Positions 1 to 12,429 are shown, counted from the first letter of the stretch. The stretch is DNA of 63,153 nt from Bacillota bacterium (GCA_023442635.1 JAEZYR010000145.1:1-63153); one strand, 5' to 3'. A program made the numbers and translations. The notes: a model not told the origin generated them from the letters alone.

Positions 1-517
1 AGTAAGGGAGCAGGGGCAGGAGGTCTATTTTTGAAAACCACGGTTCGAGATGATAAAAACGACAGTTATCTTCCCAGACTTGTGCGTCGGAATTGCCCCA
101 GCCAGCCAGTAAATACGCGTCAGACTGAGCCTCTTGCCAGGCTTTATAGGCCTGAACAAAGGGAAGTCCTCGCGTAAGAGCCGCATCACTCAGGCCTGTT
201 AACTCGGCTATGTAGGGATTCAGTTTCTTGTAGACCTGTGCCTGAACATACTGAGAGAAAGTATGAGGTCGATCCTTTAAGCCATTCGCCACATCCAGAG
301 GAAAGCTCACAGCCCCTATCTCCATGAGCTCGTCTCGCAAGAAAGCCTTCGCCTGGGCGCCTGGAGGAGCGGTATTCCACTCCAAATCCCAGACGCTAAG
401 CGCGGAAAAAGAGGCCTCTAGGGCCTCCTTTCGTCCTGTGGCCAATCTTAAGCATCTGGCTTGGATGTCCTCCGCCTCGGCCGTAGTTAATTTTTTTATC
501 GTCTCGTTATTGCCCAT
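1..517 (-). CDS. 3'-5' exonuclease (DEDD/DnaQ-like), N-terminal ~172 aa; the ORF runs off the window start
   Basis: This ORF is not in the supplied track because it is open at the window edge. Manual minus-strand translation from the ATG at 517-515 gives MGNNETIKKLTTAEAEDIQARCLRLATGRKEALEASFSALSVWDLEWNTAPPG...LMEIGAVSFPL...IAELTGLSDAALTRGLPFVQAYKAW. This shows the DxE ExoI motif (WDLEW) and the EIGAV/ELTGL pattern of DEDD exonucleases. There is no stop codon down to base 1. The ATG overlaps the stop of the upstream NlpC/P60 gene (ATGGGCAATAA). Confidence 0.6.
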   Translation of the reverse strand, partial: MGNNETIKKLTTAEAEDIQARCLRLATGRKEALEASFSALSVWDLEWNTAPPGAQAKAFLRDELMEIGAVSFPLDVANGLKDRPHTFSQYVQAQVYKKLNPYIAELTGLSDAALTRGLPFVQAYKAWQEAQSDAYLLAGWGNSDAQVWEDNCRFYHLEPWFSKIDLLPLLPY

Positions 518-2297
518 TGTCCTTATGACTATAGCGCACATAGCCCGTAATGGGATAGCCGCCATGGTGCAAATGGATAGACTCCTTTTTGATGACGCCC
601 ACCAGGGTGTTCACATGGCAGACTTCCCCATCCCCTACGTAAATCGCAACATGCGTGGTTTCGCCAGCATTCATAGAGTCGTAGAGCACCAGATCGCCTG
701 GGCGTAAGGCCTCCTCGGCAACCCATTGGCCGCCTTCTCCTGGGTAGCCTCTGGTGCTTCTAGGAATCGATATGCCATTCTTGCGATAGACGCTTTGGAC
801 AAAAGAAGAACAGTCGCCCGTATAGGCGCCGCGCATGCTGAGCGCCGTGTCTACAAGAGCCTTGACGATCTCTGGGCTTCGGGGCTCTGCAACAGCAGTT
901 GCAGCCTCACCTTCCTGCTCCCTCCGCAAGTCATCCGCTTCCTTCGCTGTTGTTTCCTCGCTAGGTTCCTCATCCTGCAAAAAGGCACGAGACACAAAGG
1001 CTGGCTTGCCATCCCATTCTACACAGGCAAAGTCCTCATTTTTTAAGTTGATGACTCTAAAAGCCTGACCTCTTCGAACCAGTGTGATGACCTTGGATGC
1101 AAGGTTCGGCTCTTGGCGCACACGCAGTTCATGGTCGCTCGCATAGAGGGTTTGACCCTCGTGACCGTCTGGGGTGATGCGCGAGGGATCCACAGGTCCT
1201 AGGAGCTCCGCAGGCGCGCCATCTATCATGGGGTTGAGCCCTTCTGACCCTTCTGGCTCTGCTAGGCTCTCGCTGGCCTGCACCCCATCTTCTGCCCTGC
1301 CTTCTACAGTCTCGGGCTCACCTTGATCATCGGCTACACGCTTGGGCTGCTCTGCCTTAGTCTCTGTTGAATTCTTTTCGGCGTCTGTTGCGCCCTCCGT
1401 ATTCGCATGCTTAGCAGACAGATCCGCTAAGCGATCTGTTTTTGCATCCGAACGCGTAAGCGCCTCGCCCTCGGGCTTGGCTTCCTTATCTGTCTCTGGC
1501 TCTTCACTTGCAGGTGCTGTTGTCTTTGCTATTGCACGGTCTTCTGCAGTCTTTTTCTCCTGAAGCTTGTCTGCGTCCGGGGCCTGATCCTGACCCTGTG
1601 CTTTCTCACCGCTTGCTGGCTGCTTCAGGCCTGTTGTTGGATCAGAGCCAGTCTTGTCGAGCTTCGCTGCCGTTTTCTCGCTTCCACCTGCAGATGCCTC
1701 AAGCCCTTTTTCTCTCGAAGAAGCGCCCGCTGTTGTGCTCGCTGCTGTGTTTGTATCCGTCGCTGGCCTATCAGGCTTAGCCTTTGTGCCATCTCCTCGC
1801 TCAGCTATCGCGCCGTCTCTCTCGCCTTGTGTTGTCGGGTCTTGAGTGACGTCGTGCCCTTCTGAAGCTACGGCGGCTGAAGGCTGTGTGGTTGGAGCTG
1901 CTGTCGGCTCTGGAAGGCGTACGGGCGTCGACGGGATAACGAAAGTCTCAACCATCGGGCTTTCCCCACGATTCAAAAGCTGAACAGGGGAATCTATCGC
2001 AGCTTGAAGGCTGCGCACTTCGGTTGTTGGGCTCGTCTCCCGAAGCTGAGCTGGCTCTGTCGCATTGTCATACTGAATTTGCTGAGGTGACCAGTGACGA
2101 AATAAAAGAACGCATGCCGTCAAAGCAATAGCTGCCATCAGGAAAAGGACAGGTAAATACAAAAAGCCTTGCCTAGGTCTAGCCTTGGCATGCGTATAGG
2201 TTGTACGAGGTCTGGGTTCGGCGCTTCGGGCGCTGCTTCGTCTGCGGCGTACGCGTCTAGCGCGGATCACGGGGGGCTGTTTCTTCTGCTCTTGCAT
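507..2297 (-). CDS. NlpC/P60 family cell-wall hydrolase with an N-terminal basic tail plus TM helix, a ~300-aa E/K/A/T-rich disordered spacer and an SH3b-like domain
   Basis: 596-aa ORF. The C-terminus carries the catalytic motifs DCSSFVQSVY (Cys) and THVAIYVGDG (His). An SH3b-like segment (RVRQEPNLASKVITLVRRGQAFRVI) precedes them. The TM helix is FLYLPVLFLMAAIALTACVLLF. An RBS GAGAGGAG lies 4-5 nt upstream of the ATG. Confidence 0.85.
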   Translation of the reverse strand: MQEQKKQPPVIRARRVRRRRSSARSAEPRPRTTYTHAKARPRQGFLYLPVLFLMAAIALTACVLLFRHWSPQQIQYDNATEPAQLRETSPTTEVRSLQAAIDSPVQLLNRGESPMVETFVIPSTPVRLPEPTAAPTTQPSAAVASEGHDVTQDPTTQGERDGAIAERGDGTKAKPDRPATDTNTAASTTAGASSREKGLEASAGGSEKTAAKLDKTGSDPTTGLKQPASGEKAQGQDQAPDADKLQEKKTAEDRAIAKTTAPASEEPETDKEAKPEGEALTRSDAKTDRLADLSAKHANTEGATDAEKNSTETKAEQPKRVADDQGEPETVEGRAEDGVQASESLAEPEGSEGLNPMIDGAPAELLGPVDPSRITPDGHEGQTLYASDHELRVRQEPNLASKVITLVRRGQAFRVINLKNEDFACVEWDGKPAFVSRAFLQDEEPSEETTAKEADDLRREQEGEAATAVAEPRSPEIVKALVDTALSMRGAYTGDCSSFVQSVYRKNGISIPRSTRGYPGEGGQWVAEEALRPGDLVLYDSMNAGETTHVAIYVGDGEVCHVNTLVGVIKKESIHLHHGGYPITGYVRYSHKDNGQ

Positions 2298-2418
2298 GAT
2301 ACTCCTCTCACTGTTAGGAAGCCTCGCGCCAGCTGTTGGGCACGGGGATTCGCAAACAGCGAGTGAAAGTATATAGGAAGACAGGCCTCAAAATCAAGGA
2401 ATATGACAGTTATATGAC

Positions 2419-2449
2419 AAACAATAGCTCTTTCTGCCTGCTATTGTTT
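2419..2449 (-). terminator. Hairpin terminator downstream of the MFS gene
   Basis: A 10-bp stem AAACAATAGC/GCTATTGTTT with an 11-nt loop. On the minus strand the 3' arm runs into a T-rich tail (GCTATTGTTTGTCAT). Confidence 0.45.
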
Positions 2450-2503
2450 CGGATAGATTGCATGTGGGATGAAACTAAAGCCCTATAAGTAATCCCAAAG
2501 CGC

Positions 2504-4204
2504 TCAGCGCCTTCTCAGACGTCGCCACGTCCTAGGTACGGCCTGCTGAATGTCCTGCCCCAGACGGCGATGAAAGTCTCGATAACTGAGCCGCTCGACG
2601 CCTTCCACTGGGTTATGCGCCACCGCAAGTTCTGCCGACTTTTCTTCCTTGCCCTCTACTGGTCGCGCTTTTAATTTAGGGGCAATAAAAAGGACAGCTG
2701 ATGTACGGATGATCAGAGCAAGGAATAACAGCACGTGCAAAGGCTCAATGCGGCCTGACCCCAACCAGGGCAAGCGCCACTGAGCCAAAGGCCCGCGCAG
2801 CGCATCTGAAAGTAAGCCGCCAATGAGGATGGCCGGGGCAATGCCGAAAAGATTATTCGCGATAGCTTTAGCTGTGATGTAGGCTGGCCTTTTGGCTTCA
2901 GGCGCCAAAAAGATGGTCATGTTGAAAACGGCCAAGTCCGTCGCCACGCCCGTAATGCCCCAGGCAAAGTTGATCAGGATGATCCCCCACCAGGTTTCGG
3001 GCACAATCAAGAACCACGCAATAGGCGAAATGGCACTCCACAGGCCAAAATAGATAAGGACATTACGGTAGCCGAAGTAATCGCTCAGTTGCCCTGTTTT
3101 TTTGATAAAAAGAATAGTCGCTAGACCTGGCACAAAGACCGTCAGCGCCATCTGTGTGCCAAGGGGAATGTGTAGGGTCTGGAGCATATAGACATTGATG
3201 TAGGGCGAATTGATCTGTAAGCCAAAATAGTAAATCGCCGAAAAAAGGAGCACAGGGCGGTAATAAGGATCTTGAAAAGGCTCTAGCAGGTCAGCCAAAA
3301 GCTGTCGCCCATGGTGAACGAGGCGCAGCGGGGCTGGCAGCTGCGTTCGGCTAACATGGGTTCCAGCTCGCAGAATAGGCACTCTAGGCCAGCCAAAGCG
3401 CTTCTCTCGAAGCTTTCGTCCTGCCTTTGCTTCATCACTGTTTTTGGCCTTTTCCTTCTCTAGCAAGGCTTGAGCCACCGCAACATCTCTAGCCCACTGC
3501 GGCCGTCTGACAAAAAAGAAGGTTGAAATATCCAAGCAGCCAAAAATACCCGCTAAGCAAAAGAGAAGGGCGTACTTATAGGGCCAGCTTCGAAGCGCAT
3601 TGGTCAAAAAGGTGGCCACCAAGGCATAAAGCAGAGTCGAAATGGTCATGAGCTTCTGCCTTTGACCAAACCAACGTCCAGAAACAGGGGCTGGTACCGT
3701 CAAGCCGAGCCAAGTCTGGTAGGTCAAGTCGGCCATCCAGTTCACACCCGAGGCAATACCCATCAAAAAGAAGACAAAGCCTATCAAAAACTCCTGCCCA
3801 ACCGTCCCTATAAAAGCGGTTACGAGGCCGAGCACGATGAAGCAAATGCGCACGAACATCGTTGTGATGATCAGAACGCGCTTGAGGTTAGGGCGGCGCT
3901 GCAAAAAACGGGCAAAAGGAATCTGGGTCACGACCACCACGTAAGGCAAGGCAAGCAGCACACCCAGAAGGCTATCGGATATGCCAAGTTCTTCTTTGAG
4001 GTAGGCTGTAAAGATGCTAGAAGCAGCAGGAAAGCCCGTGATAACGGTGTAGAGCATACCCACCGTAACCGCCATGATGATGAGGTACAGGTCTTTTCGG
4101 GTAGCCCCATCAATCAGCATCCCGAAGCTCTGTTTGGGCTGCGAAAAATCAAAAAAAAGTCGTAGGCGCTCAGATCGCTCGGATTGCTGCTTGCTAGCGT
4201 CCAC
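2504..4204 (-). CDS. MFS transporter (12+ TM, with an inserted basic cytoplasmic loop)
   Basis: A long ORF made of hydrophobic helices throughout. The track start at 4240 (GTG) has no Shine-Dalgarno sequence. The in-frame GTG at 4204 is preceded by GGAGGG 6 nt upstream, so I chose it as the start. Confidence 0.75.
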   Translation of the reverse strand: MDASKQQSERSERLRLFFDFSQPKQSFGMLIDGATRKDLYLIIMAVTVGMLYTVITGFPAASSIFTAYLKEELGISDSLLGVLLALPYVVVVTQIPFARFLQRRPNLKRVLIITTMFVRICFIVLGLVTAFIGTVGQEFLIGFVFFLMGIASGVNWMADLTYQTWLGLTVPAPVSGRWFGQRQKLMTISTLLYALVATFLTNALRSWPYKYALLFCLAGIFGCLDISTFFFVRRPQWARDVAVAQALLEKEKAKNSDEAKAGRKLREKRFGWPRVPILRAGTHVSRTQLPAPLRLVHHGRQLLADLLEPFQDPYYRPVLLFSAIYYFGLQINSPYINVYMLQTLHIPLGTQMALTVFVPGLATILFIKKTGQLSDYFGYRNVLIYFGLWSAISPIAWFLIVPETWWGIILINFAWGITGVATDLAVFNMTIFLAPEAKRPAYITAKAIANNLFGIAPAILIGGLLSDALRGPLAQWRLPWLGSGRIEPLHVLLFLALIIRTSAVLFIAPKLKARPVEGKEEKSAELAVAHNPVEGVERLSYRDFHRRLGQDIQQAVPRTWRRLRRR

Positions 4205-4331
4205 CGCTGGCCCTCCTGGATTGCTGATGTCTACTAACACGCTCGGCTGTCTTCTTTTGGCATGTTAGCGCTCTGTATTGTACCGATTTTAGGCCGACTA
4301 AATGCAGACAAATCCACTTCGTTTCTCTCAC

Positions 4332-4363
4332 AAAAAGGATGGGAACCTGAGTGGTCCCCATCC
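4332..4363 (-). terminator. Rho-independent terminator after rpoC
   Basis: The minus strand reads GGATGGGGACCACTCAGGTTCCCATCCTTTTT, a GC-rich stem followed by a T5 tail, about 60 nt after the rpoC stop. Confidence 0.75.
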
Positions 4364-4424
4364 TACAGTGTTTTGTGCCTTTATTGGTGCTCAGCAGTGG
4401 TGCGAGCATCACCCACAAGACTTA

Positions 4425-7400
4425 TCAGAAGAAAGTAGCTGTTTGTTGTGAGCCATCGCCTTCTGACCACATCTGCGCGTCATCATCCTCATCACGAGCT
4501 GGGCGCGTGCTTTGGGGCAAGTCTGCCAAGTGCCAAGTCGGCTCGAAACGACCTTCAGCAATGGCCTCCTGAGCCTCTTGGCGCAGATGCTCATCCAGGC
4601 CTGGCGTCTCCATGAGCTCTTCGTTTTCCTTAATGACTGGGACGGCCGTCACATTGCGATAGCTGCGCAGACCTGTACCAGCTGGAATAAGGGTACCGAT
4701 AATAACATTCTCCTTGAGACCGATCAGCGGATCGACCTTGCCCTTGACAGCTGCATCGGTCAGTACGCGTGTTGTCTCTTGGAAAGAAGCTGCCGAGAGG
4801 AAGCTGTCCGTCGCCAAGCTGGCCTTGGTGATACCCAGCAAGATGCGCTTGCCAACAGGTGGCTCGGTGCCATTTTCTTCGGCCTCTTTGAGGGCAGCTT
4901 CGTATTGCAGCAAGTCCACCATCGTACCTGTCATCAAGTTGCTGTCACCTGCATCGTCGATGCGGACTTTGCGCAGCATCTGACGGGTGATGATCTCAAC
5001 GTGCTTGTCATTGATGTCAACACCGTTGTTGTTATAGACCTTGACAACTTCGGAGATGATGTAGCGCTGAACGCCTTCGGGTCCTTTGACACGCATGATG
5101 TCGTGGGGGTTGACCGAACCCTCTGTGATGAGATCACCAGCCTCAATCACTTCGCCTTCGCTGACACGCAATTGTGCACCCGCTGGCAAGGGGTAGCTCA
5201 CGGCTTCGTTGTCAGCAGTCGTCACCACAACTTCGCGCTTGCGACGAGAGCCCTCAACAAATGAAACCGTACCGCTCAATTCGCTCATGATGGCCTGACC
5301 CTTGGGCTTGCGGGCCTCAAAGAGTTCCTCAACACGAGGTAGACCCTGCGTGATATCCGTACCAGAAGCAATACCGCCCGTGTGGAAGTTACGCATGGTG
5401 AGCTGCGTACCAGGTTCACCGATGGACTGAGCTGCCATGATACCGACGGCCTCACCTGCTACGACGGGCTCACCCGTTGCCAGGTTGGTGCCGTAGCATT
5501 TGGCGCAAATACCGTGCTTGCACTGGCAGTTAAAGACGGTGCGGATCGGCACGCGCTCAATACCCGCTGCCGCGATGGCTTCGGCCATTTCGGGTGTAAT
5601 AATTTCACCCTTTTTGACCAGGACGACGCCCGTTTCAGGATGGACGACATCGAGTGCTGCCGTACGGCCAAGAATGCGGTCCTTCAGGCTCTTGACGGCG
5701 TGCTTGCTGCCGTCCAAAGCACTGATGGTCAAGGCCGTCATCCAAGTAAATTCCGTCGTGCCGCAGTCATCTTCGCGAACGATGATGTCCTGAGCAACGT
5801 CTACCAGACGGCGGGTCAGATAACCCGAGTCAGCGGTCTTTAGAGCGGTATCCGAAAGTGCTTTACGGGCACCGTGGCTGGAAATAAAGAACTCCAACAC
5901 GTTCATGCCTTCACGGAGGTTGGACTTGATCGGAATTTCGATCGTCTGACCTGAGGTATCGGCCATGTTACCGCGCATACCAGCCAGCTGCTTGATCTGA
6001 GCAAGCGAGCCACGAGCACCCGACTGTGACATCTGCTGAATGGGGTTGTCATCTGGCAAGCTATCGCGAAGGGCATTCGTGATGGCGTCCGTCGTCTTGC
6101 GCCAGACATCGATGGTCGCATTTTTGCGGCCCTCTTCGCTCGTCATACCACGGCGGTGCATCTCGTTGATCTGGGCGACGCGCTTCTCGGCCTCTTCGAG
6201 GAAGCTCTGCTTGACTCCTGGCACGATCATGTCATACACACCAATGGAAATACCTGAACGTGTGGAATACTTGTAGCCTAGCTCTTTGATCTGATCTAGA
6301 ACCTTGGCCGTGAAAGGAATGCCGTTGGCGTGGATGCAGCGGTCGATGATTTGTCCTAGCTGCTTTTTGCCGACACGGTCATTGATTTCAGGGATTAAGA
6401 AATTAGCGTCATCACGGCGGTCAACATAGCCTAGGTTCTGAGGGATCACCTCATTGAAGATCAAGCGGCCGAGTGTGCTCTCCACGGTGCGGTGCTGGAT
6501 CTTGCCATCGGCGTCTTTGGCGAAGCGGCGGACCAGGATCGGGTCTTGCAGAGTGATGATGTGTTGGTCATACGCGATTTGAGCCTCATCCAAGCTGCTA
6601 AAGGCTGGCAAGGGCTTGTCTTTTTCGGACTCAGGACGCTCTTTGCGTGTCGTGAGGTAGTTGATACCCAAAATCATGTCCTGAGCTGGCACCGTAACGG
6701 GTTTACCATCCTGAGGCTTCAGTAGGTTGTTGGCCGACAGCATCAAATAGCGCGACTCGGCTTGGGCCTCAGCGGACAACGGTACGTGGACAGCCATCTG
6801 GTCGCCGTCAAAGTCAGCGTTATATGCCGTACAGACAAGGGGATGCAATTTGATGGCACGACCTTCGACAAGCACGGGCTCAAAGGCCTGAATACCCAAA
6901 CGGTGAAGGGTTGGGGCGCGGTTCAGCAAAACAGGGTGGTCTTTGATAACTTCTTCGAGGATATCCCAGACCACATCGGCGCCACGCTCGACCATTTTTT
7001 TGGCGGCTTTGATGTTTTGGGCATAGCCATCCTGCTCCAAACGGCGCATCACAAAGGGTTTGAAGAGTTCAACCGCCATCTCTTTTGGCAGGCCGCATTG
7101 GTGCAGTTTGAGCTCAGGGCCGACAACGATAACCGAACGGCCTGAATAGCCAACACGCTTACCCAACAAGTTCTGCCGGAAACGACCCTGCTTACCTTTG
7201 AGAAGATCCGAAAGGCTCTTGAGGGCGCGGTTTGAGACACCCGTGACAGGGCGGCCACGGCGGCCGTTATCGATCAAAGCATCAACGGCTTCCTGCAGCA
7301 TGCGCTTTTCGTTGCGCACCATGATCTGGGGAGCGCCCAAATCGAGAAGCTTTGACAAGCGGTTGTTGCGGTTGATGACACGGCGGTAAAGGTCATTCAG

Positions 7401-8186
7401 GTCTGAGGTTGCAAACCGGCCGCCATCCAGCTGCACCATAGGGCGCAATTCTGGTGGCAGAACAGGTAGAACCTCGAGGATCATCCACTCAGGACGGTTG
7501 CCAGAGCTGCGGAAGCTTTCGACTACTTCGAGGCGCTTGATGATGCGTGAGCGCTTTTGGCCACTGGCACTGTGCAAGTCCTTGCGCAGTTGCTCTGCCA
7601 AAGCGTCCACGTCAATATCTTCTAGTAGCTGCTTGACGGCTTCGGCACCCATTTGGGCACTAAAGGCCTGGCGACCCCAATCGCGCTGTGCCTCGCGGTA
7701 TTCACGATCCGTAAGGAGCTGCTTGTACTCCAGGTTGGTCTTACCTGGATCGATGACAACGTAGCTCGCAAAGTAGAGCACGCGCTCCAAGTTGCGAGGC
7801 GACATATCCAGGATCAAGCCCATGCGGCTGGGGATACCACGAAAATACCAAATGTGTGAAACAGGGGCGGCCAGCTTGATGTGACCCATGCGCTCACGGC
7901 GTACCTTTGCCTTCGTGACCTCAACACCGCAGCGATCGCAAACGATGCCACGGTAGCGGATTTTTTTGTACTTGCCACAATGGCATTCGTAGTCTTTGGT
8001 GGGTCCAAAGATACGCTCACAAAAGAGGCCATCGCGCTCAGGTTTCAGCGTGCGGTAATTGATCGTTTCTGGCTTCTTGACTTCACCATACGACCATTCG
8101 AGGATGCTAGTCGGCGAAGCCAAATTGATACCGATTTCCTCGATATGGTTCATCTCCATATTTCGACGTGTGTCACGTTCTGCCAT
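4425..8186 (-). CDS. rpoC: DNA-directed RNA polymerase subunit beta'
   Basis: Zn-finger [23 protein letters not shown], the catalytic motif [16 protein letters not shown], and conserved trigger-loop and bridge-helix regions. The track start is a GTG at 8198 that overlaps the rpoB stop. I prefer the ATG at 8186, which has GAGGA 5 nt upstream. Confidence 0.98.
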   Translation of the reverse strand: MAERDTRRNMEMNHIEEIGINLASPTSILEWSYGEVKKPETINYRTLKPERDGLFCERIFGPTKDYECHCGKYKKIRYRGIVCDRCGVEVTKAKVRRERMGHIKLAAPVSHIWYFRGIPSRMGLILDMSPRNLERVLYFASYVVIDPGKTNLEYKQLLTDREYREAQRDWGRQAFSAQMGAEAVKQLLEDIDVDALAEQLRKDLHSASGQKRSRIIKRLEVVESFRSSGNRPEWMILEVLPVLPPELRPMVQLDGGRFATSDLNDLYRRVINRNNRLSKLLDLGAPQIMVRNEKRMLQEAVDALIDNGRRGRPVTGVSNRALKSLSDLLKGKQGRFRQNLLGKRVGYSGRSVIVVGPELKLHQCGLPKEMAVELFKPFVMRRLEQDGYAQNIKAAKKMVERGADVVWDILEEVIKDHPVLLNRAPTLHRLGIQAFEPVLVEGRAIKLHPLVCTAYNADFDGDQMAVHVPLSAEAQAESRYLMLSANNLLKPQDGKPVTVPAQDMILGINYLTTRKERPESEKDKPLPAFSSLDEAQIAYDQHIITLQDPILVRRFAKDADGKIQHRTVESTLGRLIFNEVIPQNLGYVDRRDDANFLIPEINDRVGKKQLGQIIDRCIHANGIPFTAKVLDQIKELGYKYSTRSGISIGVYDMIVPGVKQSFLEEAEKRVAQINEMHRRGMTSEEGRKNATIDVWRKTTDAITNALRDSLPDDNPIQQMSQSGARGSLAQIKQLAGMRGNMADTSGQTIEIPIKSNLREGMNVLEFFISSHGARKALSDTALKTADSGYLTRRLVDVAQDIIVREDDCGTTEFTWMTALTISALDGSKHAVKSLKDRILGRTAALDVVHPETGVVLVKKGEIITPEMAEAIAAAGIERVPIRTVFNCQCKHGICAKCYGTNLATGEPVVAGEAVGIMAAQSIGEPGTQLTMRNFHTGGIASGTDITQGLPRVEELFEARKPKGQAIMSELSGTVSFVEGSRRKREVVVTTADNEAVSYPLPAGAQLRVSEGEVIEAGDLITEGSVNPHDIMRVKGPEGVQRYIISEVVKVYNNNGVDINDKHVEIITRQMLRKVRIDDAGDSNLMTGTMVDLLQYEAALKEAEENGTEPPVGKRILLGITKASLATDSFLSAASFQETTRVLTDAAVKGKVDPLIGLKENVIIGTLIPAGTGLRSYRNVTAVPVIKENEELMETPGLDEHLRQEAQEAIAEGRFEPTWHLADLPQSTRPARDEDDDAQMWSEGDGSQQTATFF

Positions 8187-8194
8187 CTTCGTCC

Positions 8195-11100
8195 TCACTC
8201 GCCTTGTTCTTCAAGCTGGAGCTCTGTCTGCTCTGCCTGATCAGCCTCAGCTGCTTCTGCGTTGTTGTCTAATTCTTCGAGCAAGCTTGCGTTTTGCTCC
8301 AGGTCTGCCTCCAAAGCGGCAATCATGCGACGAGCCGATTGCTCCGCGGGATCCAAGCCCTCGCCTTCGTTCGAGGCGCCCTCACCGAATTGAAGATCGC
8401 CCCCCTCAGCCTGCTTGTTGCGGCGTAGGGTCTGCTGGGGCTGATCGTCATCGGCGTCTTCGCGCATCTCAAGCCGCTCGCGGTTGCTGGAGAAAATCTT
8501 GATGTCCAAGCAGAGCGACTGCAGTTCTTTGACCAGGACTTTGAAGGACTCAGGCACACCAGACTCGGGCACGTTCTCACCCTTGACGATAGCTTCGTAG
8601 GTCTTGGTACGGCCTGTAATATCATCCGACTTGACCGTCAGAATTTCACGCAGTGTGTAAGCTGCACCGTAGGCCTTGAGAGCCCAGACTTCCATTTCAC
8701 CAAAACGCTGGCCGCCAAACTGAGCCTTACCACCCAAGGGCTGCTGGGTGACGAGCGAGTAAGGTCCGATCGAGCGAGCGTGGATCTTGTCATCGACCAA
8801 GTGGTGTAGCTTCAGGTAGTACATGATGCCCACTGTAATGCGGTTCTCAAAGGGTTCGCCCGTGCGGCCATCGTAGAGGATGGTCTTACCATCGGGATCA
8901 ATGCCAGCTTTTTCGAAGATCTCGCTGACATCCTTTTCGTTGGCGCCGTCGAAAACAGGGGTTGCGACCTTGATACCCAAGTCGCGAGCTGCCCGACCCA
9001 AGTGAACTTCCAGCAACTGGCCGATGTTCATACGCGAAGGCACGCCCATCGGGTTGAGCACGATGTCGAGCGGTGTACCGTCGGGCAAGAAGGGCATGTC
9101 CTCCTCAGGCAAGATGCGTGAGACAACACCTTTGTTACCGTGGCGGCCAGCCATCTTGTCACCGACTGAGATCTTGCGTTTTTGCGCAACATAGACGCGC
9201 ACCATGCGGTTAACGCCATGCTTCAGGCGCATATCCTCATCTTCGCCATCGCGGTTGAACTCAACCACATTCACGACGATACCAGACTCACCGTGGGGCA
9301 CACGGGTTGAGGTATCGCGGACTTCACGAATTTTCTCGCCGAAGATGGCTCGATAAAGACGCTCTTCAGGGGTAAGCTCCGTTTCGCCTTTTGGCGTGAC
9401 CTTACCGACCAGAATGTCACCCGAACGAACCTCTGCACCGATGCGAACGATACCCTTTTCATCGAGATCGCGCATAGCGTCATCGCTGACATTCGGGATT
9501 TCAGGCGTGATTTCTTCTGGTCCCAACTTCGTATCACGGGCCTCGCATTCGTATTCCTCAATATGAATGGAGGTGTAAACATCATCGCGCACCAGACGCT
9601 CATTGATCAGAACAGCGTCTTCGTAGTTGTAGCCTTCCCAGCTCATAAAGCCGATCAGGACGTTTTTGCCCAACGCGAGTTCGCCGTTGTCTGTAGAAGG
9701 ACCGTCGGCGATGATGTCGCCCGCTTTGACCTCATCACCAATGGAAACCAAGGGGCGCTGGTTCACACAGTTGCTCTGGTTGGAGCGCTGGTACTTAGTG
9801 AGGTGGTAGTGGTCGCGTTCGTCCTTGCCGTGAAGGATGATGATTTCATCAGATGAAACCCAGTCTACGACACCGTCGCGACGAGCAATGACGCAAACGC
9901 CGCTGTCACGTGCCGCATAGTACTCCATACCTGTACCGACAATAGGCGCCTCCGTGCGGATAAGCGGCACAGCCTGGCGCTGCATGTTCGAACCCATGAG
10001 GGCGCGGTTCGCGTCGTCGTTGCCGAGGAAAGGAATCAAGCTGGTGGCAACTGAGACGACCTGTTTGGGCGAGACGTCCATAAGATCGACGCGGCTGGAC
10101 TCGACCTCAAGGAATTTGTCGAGCCAACGAACGGTAATACGGGGCGAGATAAAGTGTCCTTCTTCATCCAGGGGCTCATTGGCCTGTGCAATGTAGAAGT
10201 AGTCTTCTTTGTCTGCTGTCAGGTAGCGAACCTCATCGGTCACGCAGCCCTTTTCTTTGTCATAAACACGATAGGGTGTTTCGATAAAGCCGTATTCGTT
10301 GACACGAGCGTAAGTGGCTAGAGAGTTAATCAAGCCGATGTTGGGTCCTTCAGGCGTTTCGATAGGACACATACGGCCATAATGGGAGGTGTGAACGTCG
10401 CGGACTTCGAAGTTCGCGCGATCACGCGAAAGACCGCCTGGACCCAGAGCCGAAAGGCGGCGTTTGTGGGTCAGCTCGGCCAGAGGGTTCTGCTGGTCCA
10501 TGAACTGCGATAACTGGGAAGAACCAAAGAACTCTTTGATCGCGGCTGAGATAGCTCTGGCGTTGACCAAAGACTGCGGCGTCATGCTCTCGATGTTTTG
10601 AACCGCTGCCAAGCGCTCACGTACGGTCTTTTCCATACGGGCAAAGCCAACGCGAACCTGGTTTTGCAGCAGTTCACCGACGCTACGGATGCGGCGGTTG
10701 CCCAGGTGGTCAATGTCATCCACCTCGCCAACACCATAGAAAAGTCCCAACAAATAGGAGACAGAGGCGACGATGTCCTCGATGACCAAATGGCGTGGGC
10801 AAAGCTGGGCGATGTCCCGGCTCAACGTTTCGCTCAGCGCAGCTACCAGGTCGAAGTCTGCCTCTTCTGCCTGGCGTGCGTTGACCTCGGTCACGACCTG
10901 GCGGAGGGCCTCAAAACGCACCATCTCGCGGATGCCGCAAGATGGCAGATCGAGCATTTCAAGAGCCTTGGCTCCATAGATTTCCTGCAAGAATTTGAGG
11001 GCATCAACACGCTGATTGCCGATCACGCGCAGGTCTTGTTCCGCCTCAATAAAGGTCTCACCACTGCGCAAGATCGGGCGAATGTCCACCGAAACAACGC

Positions 11101-12064
11101 CAGCCTGCTGGATTTTCTCGGCCGCTTCGGCTGAAATGCTTTCGCCAGCCTTCAGCAAGCACTCGCCATCTGGCGAAATGACATCTTTGGCAGCGCGGTG
11201 TCCTGTAATGCGCGTTGCAAGCGACAGTTTTTTATTGAGCTTAAAGATACCGACACGCGCCAAATCATAGCGGCGAGCATCAAAGAACATATTTCGCAGA
11301 TAGGACTCAGCGGCTTCGACCGAAACAGGTTCACCTGGGCGAACCTTGCGGTAAAGCTCCATCAGGCCCTCTTCGCGCGTGCGGGTGCTGTCTTTGGCAA
11401 GGGTGGCGATCAAAGTTTCATGTTCGCCAAAGCAATCTAAAATCTCCTCATTCGTGCCAAAGCCAAGTGAGCGCAAGAAAACGGTGAGAGGGAATTTGCG
11501 CAAGCGGTCAATACGAACCGAAAGAACGTCATTGCCGTCGCTCTCATATTCCAACCAAGCGCCACGGTTCGGGATGATCTGTCCACCGAAGAGAATTTTG
11601 TCGGTCTTGGGGTCTTGTGCAGAAGAAAAATAGTTGCCAGGCGAGCGAACCAACTGCGAAATAATGACGCGCTCCGCACCGTTGATAATAAAGGTGCCTG
11701 TGTTGGTCATGATGGGGAATTCGCCTATGTAAATCATCTGATCGACATAAGAGCCATCTGGCTTCTCTAGACGAACTTTGACTCTCAGCGGCGCCGCATA
11801 ATTCGTATCGCGGATCTTGCATTCCTCAATTGTGTTGGTCGGGCTGAGCGGATCAAACTCAATATCTAGAAATGACAAGGAGAATGTTTCTGCGCCCTTG
11901 GATTCAATGGGAGAAACATCGCGAAGAACTTCTTTGAAGCCCTCTGCCAGAAACCACTGATAGGATTTCTTCTGAACCTCGACAAGATATGGGATATCGA
12001 TCGGCTCACTCAACTGCGAGTAAGACTGCCGTTCCGTGCGGCCTAATTTGACGGGATGAACCAC
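8195..12064 (-). CDS. rpoB: DNA-directed RNA polymerase subunit beta (with an acidic C-terminal tail)
   Basis: N-terminus [18 protein letters not shown]...[16 protein letters not shown]. Conserved motifs [17 protein letters not shown] and [23 protein letters not shown] start with GAAGAGGTGAG upstream. The tail ends in the E/A/D/Q-rich sequence [27 protein letters not shown]. Confidence 0.98.
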   Translation of the reverse strand: MVHPVKLGRTERQSYSQLSEPIDIPYLVEVQKKSYQWFLAEGFKEVLRDVSPIESKGAETFSLSFLDIEFDPLSPTNTIEECKIRDTNYAAPLRVKVRLEKPDGSYVDQMIYIGEFPIMTNTGTFIINGAERVIISQLVRSPGNYFSSAQDPKTDKILFGGQIIPNRGAWLEYESDGNDVLSVRIDRLRKFPLTVFLRSLGFGTNEEILDCFGEHETLIATLAKDSTRTREEGLMELYRKVRPGEPVSVEAAESYLRNMFFDARRYDLARVGIFKLNKKLSLATRITGHRAAKDVISPDGECLLKAGESISAEAAEKIQQAGVVSVDIRPILRSGETFIEAEQDLRVIGNQRVDALKFLQEIYGAKALEMLDLPSCGIREMVRFEALRQVVTEVNARQAEEADFDLVAALSETLSRDIAQLCPRHLVIEDIVASVSYLLGLFYGVGEVDDIDHLGNRRIRSVGELLQNQVRVGFARMEKTVRERLAAVQNIESMTPQSLVNARAISAAIKEFFGSSQLSQFMDQQNPLAELTHKRRLSALGPGGLSRDRANFEVRDVHTSHYGRMCPIETPEGPNIGLINSLATYARVNEYGFIETPYRVYDKEKGCVTDEVRYLTADKEDYFYIAQANEPLDEEGHFISPRITVRWLDKFLEVESSRVDLMDVSPKQVVSVATSLIPFLGNDDANRALMGSNMQRQAVPLIRTEAPIVGTGMEYYAARDSGVCVIARRDGVVDWVSSDEIIILHGKDERDHYHLTKYQRSNQSNCVNQRPLVSIGDEVKAGDIIADGPSTDNGELALGKNVLIGFMSWEGYNYEDAVLINERLVRDDVYTSIHIEEYECEARDTKLGPEEITPEIPNVSDDAMRDLDEKGIVRIGAEVRSGDILVGKVTPKGETELTPEERLYRAIFGEKIREVRDTSTRVPHGESGIVVNVVEFNRDGEDEDMRLKHGVNRMVRVYVAQKRKISVGDKMAGRHGNKGVVSRILPEEDMPFLPDGTPLDIVLNPMGVPSRMNIGQLLEVHLGRAARDLGIKVATPVFDGANEKDVSEIFEKAGIDPDGKTILYDGRTGEPFENRITVGIMYYLKLHHLVDDKIHARSIGPYSLVTQQPLGGKAQFGGQRFGEMEVWALKAYGAAYTLREILTVKSDDITGRTKTYEAIVKGENVPESGVPESFKVLVKELQSLCLDIKIFSSNRERLEMREDADDDQPQQTLRRNKQAEGGDLQFGEGASNEGEGLDPAEQSARRMIAALEADLEQNASLLEELDNNAEAAEADQAEQTELQLEEQGE

Positions 12065-12296
12065 GCTAAACTCACCTCTTCATCTGCACTCATATCCAAA
12101 AAGGCGCAACCGCCCTTTCTAAACATGTTTGTGTAGAATAAGCGTTTGCGCCTAGCAGCGTCAACGGCTCTAATCCATAAAATCTCTTCTGTCAAGTCTT
12201 TTCTATATTGCTGCTGAAATTTCGGTTGTTTGCTGCAAAAGTCTGTTGATTCTGACAACAGGAAATTTATCAAGCCCTCTAGCTGATTGTGATCTT

Positions 12297-12337
12297 TGAA
12301 AAAAACAGAAAGGCCATGCGTCAGGCGCTGGCCTTTC
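12297..12337 (-). terminator. Rho-independent terminator after the PPIase gene
   Basis: The minus strand reads GAAAGGCCAGCGCCTGACGCATGGCCTTTCTGTTTTTTTTC, a 9-bp stem followed by a T-run. Confidence 0.75.
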
Positions 12338-12429
12338 TTACAAAGCTTCTAGAACTTGCCTTGCAAGGCTTTCGGGATCTTAGCCAATCCCTCTAGAGTC
12401 CAAGCCAAAGCGAGGCTCGAGATAGCTTC

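Noticed and set aside
12043-12273. A 76-aa minus-strand ORF overlapping the rpoB start and leader.
   Set aside because: It overlaps the rpoB initiation region out of frame and has no RBS or recognisable motifs. The region is better explained as the rpoB promoter and leader.
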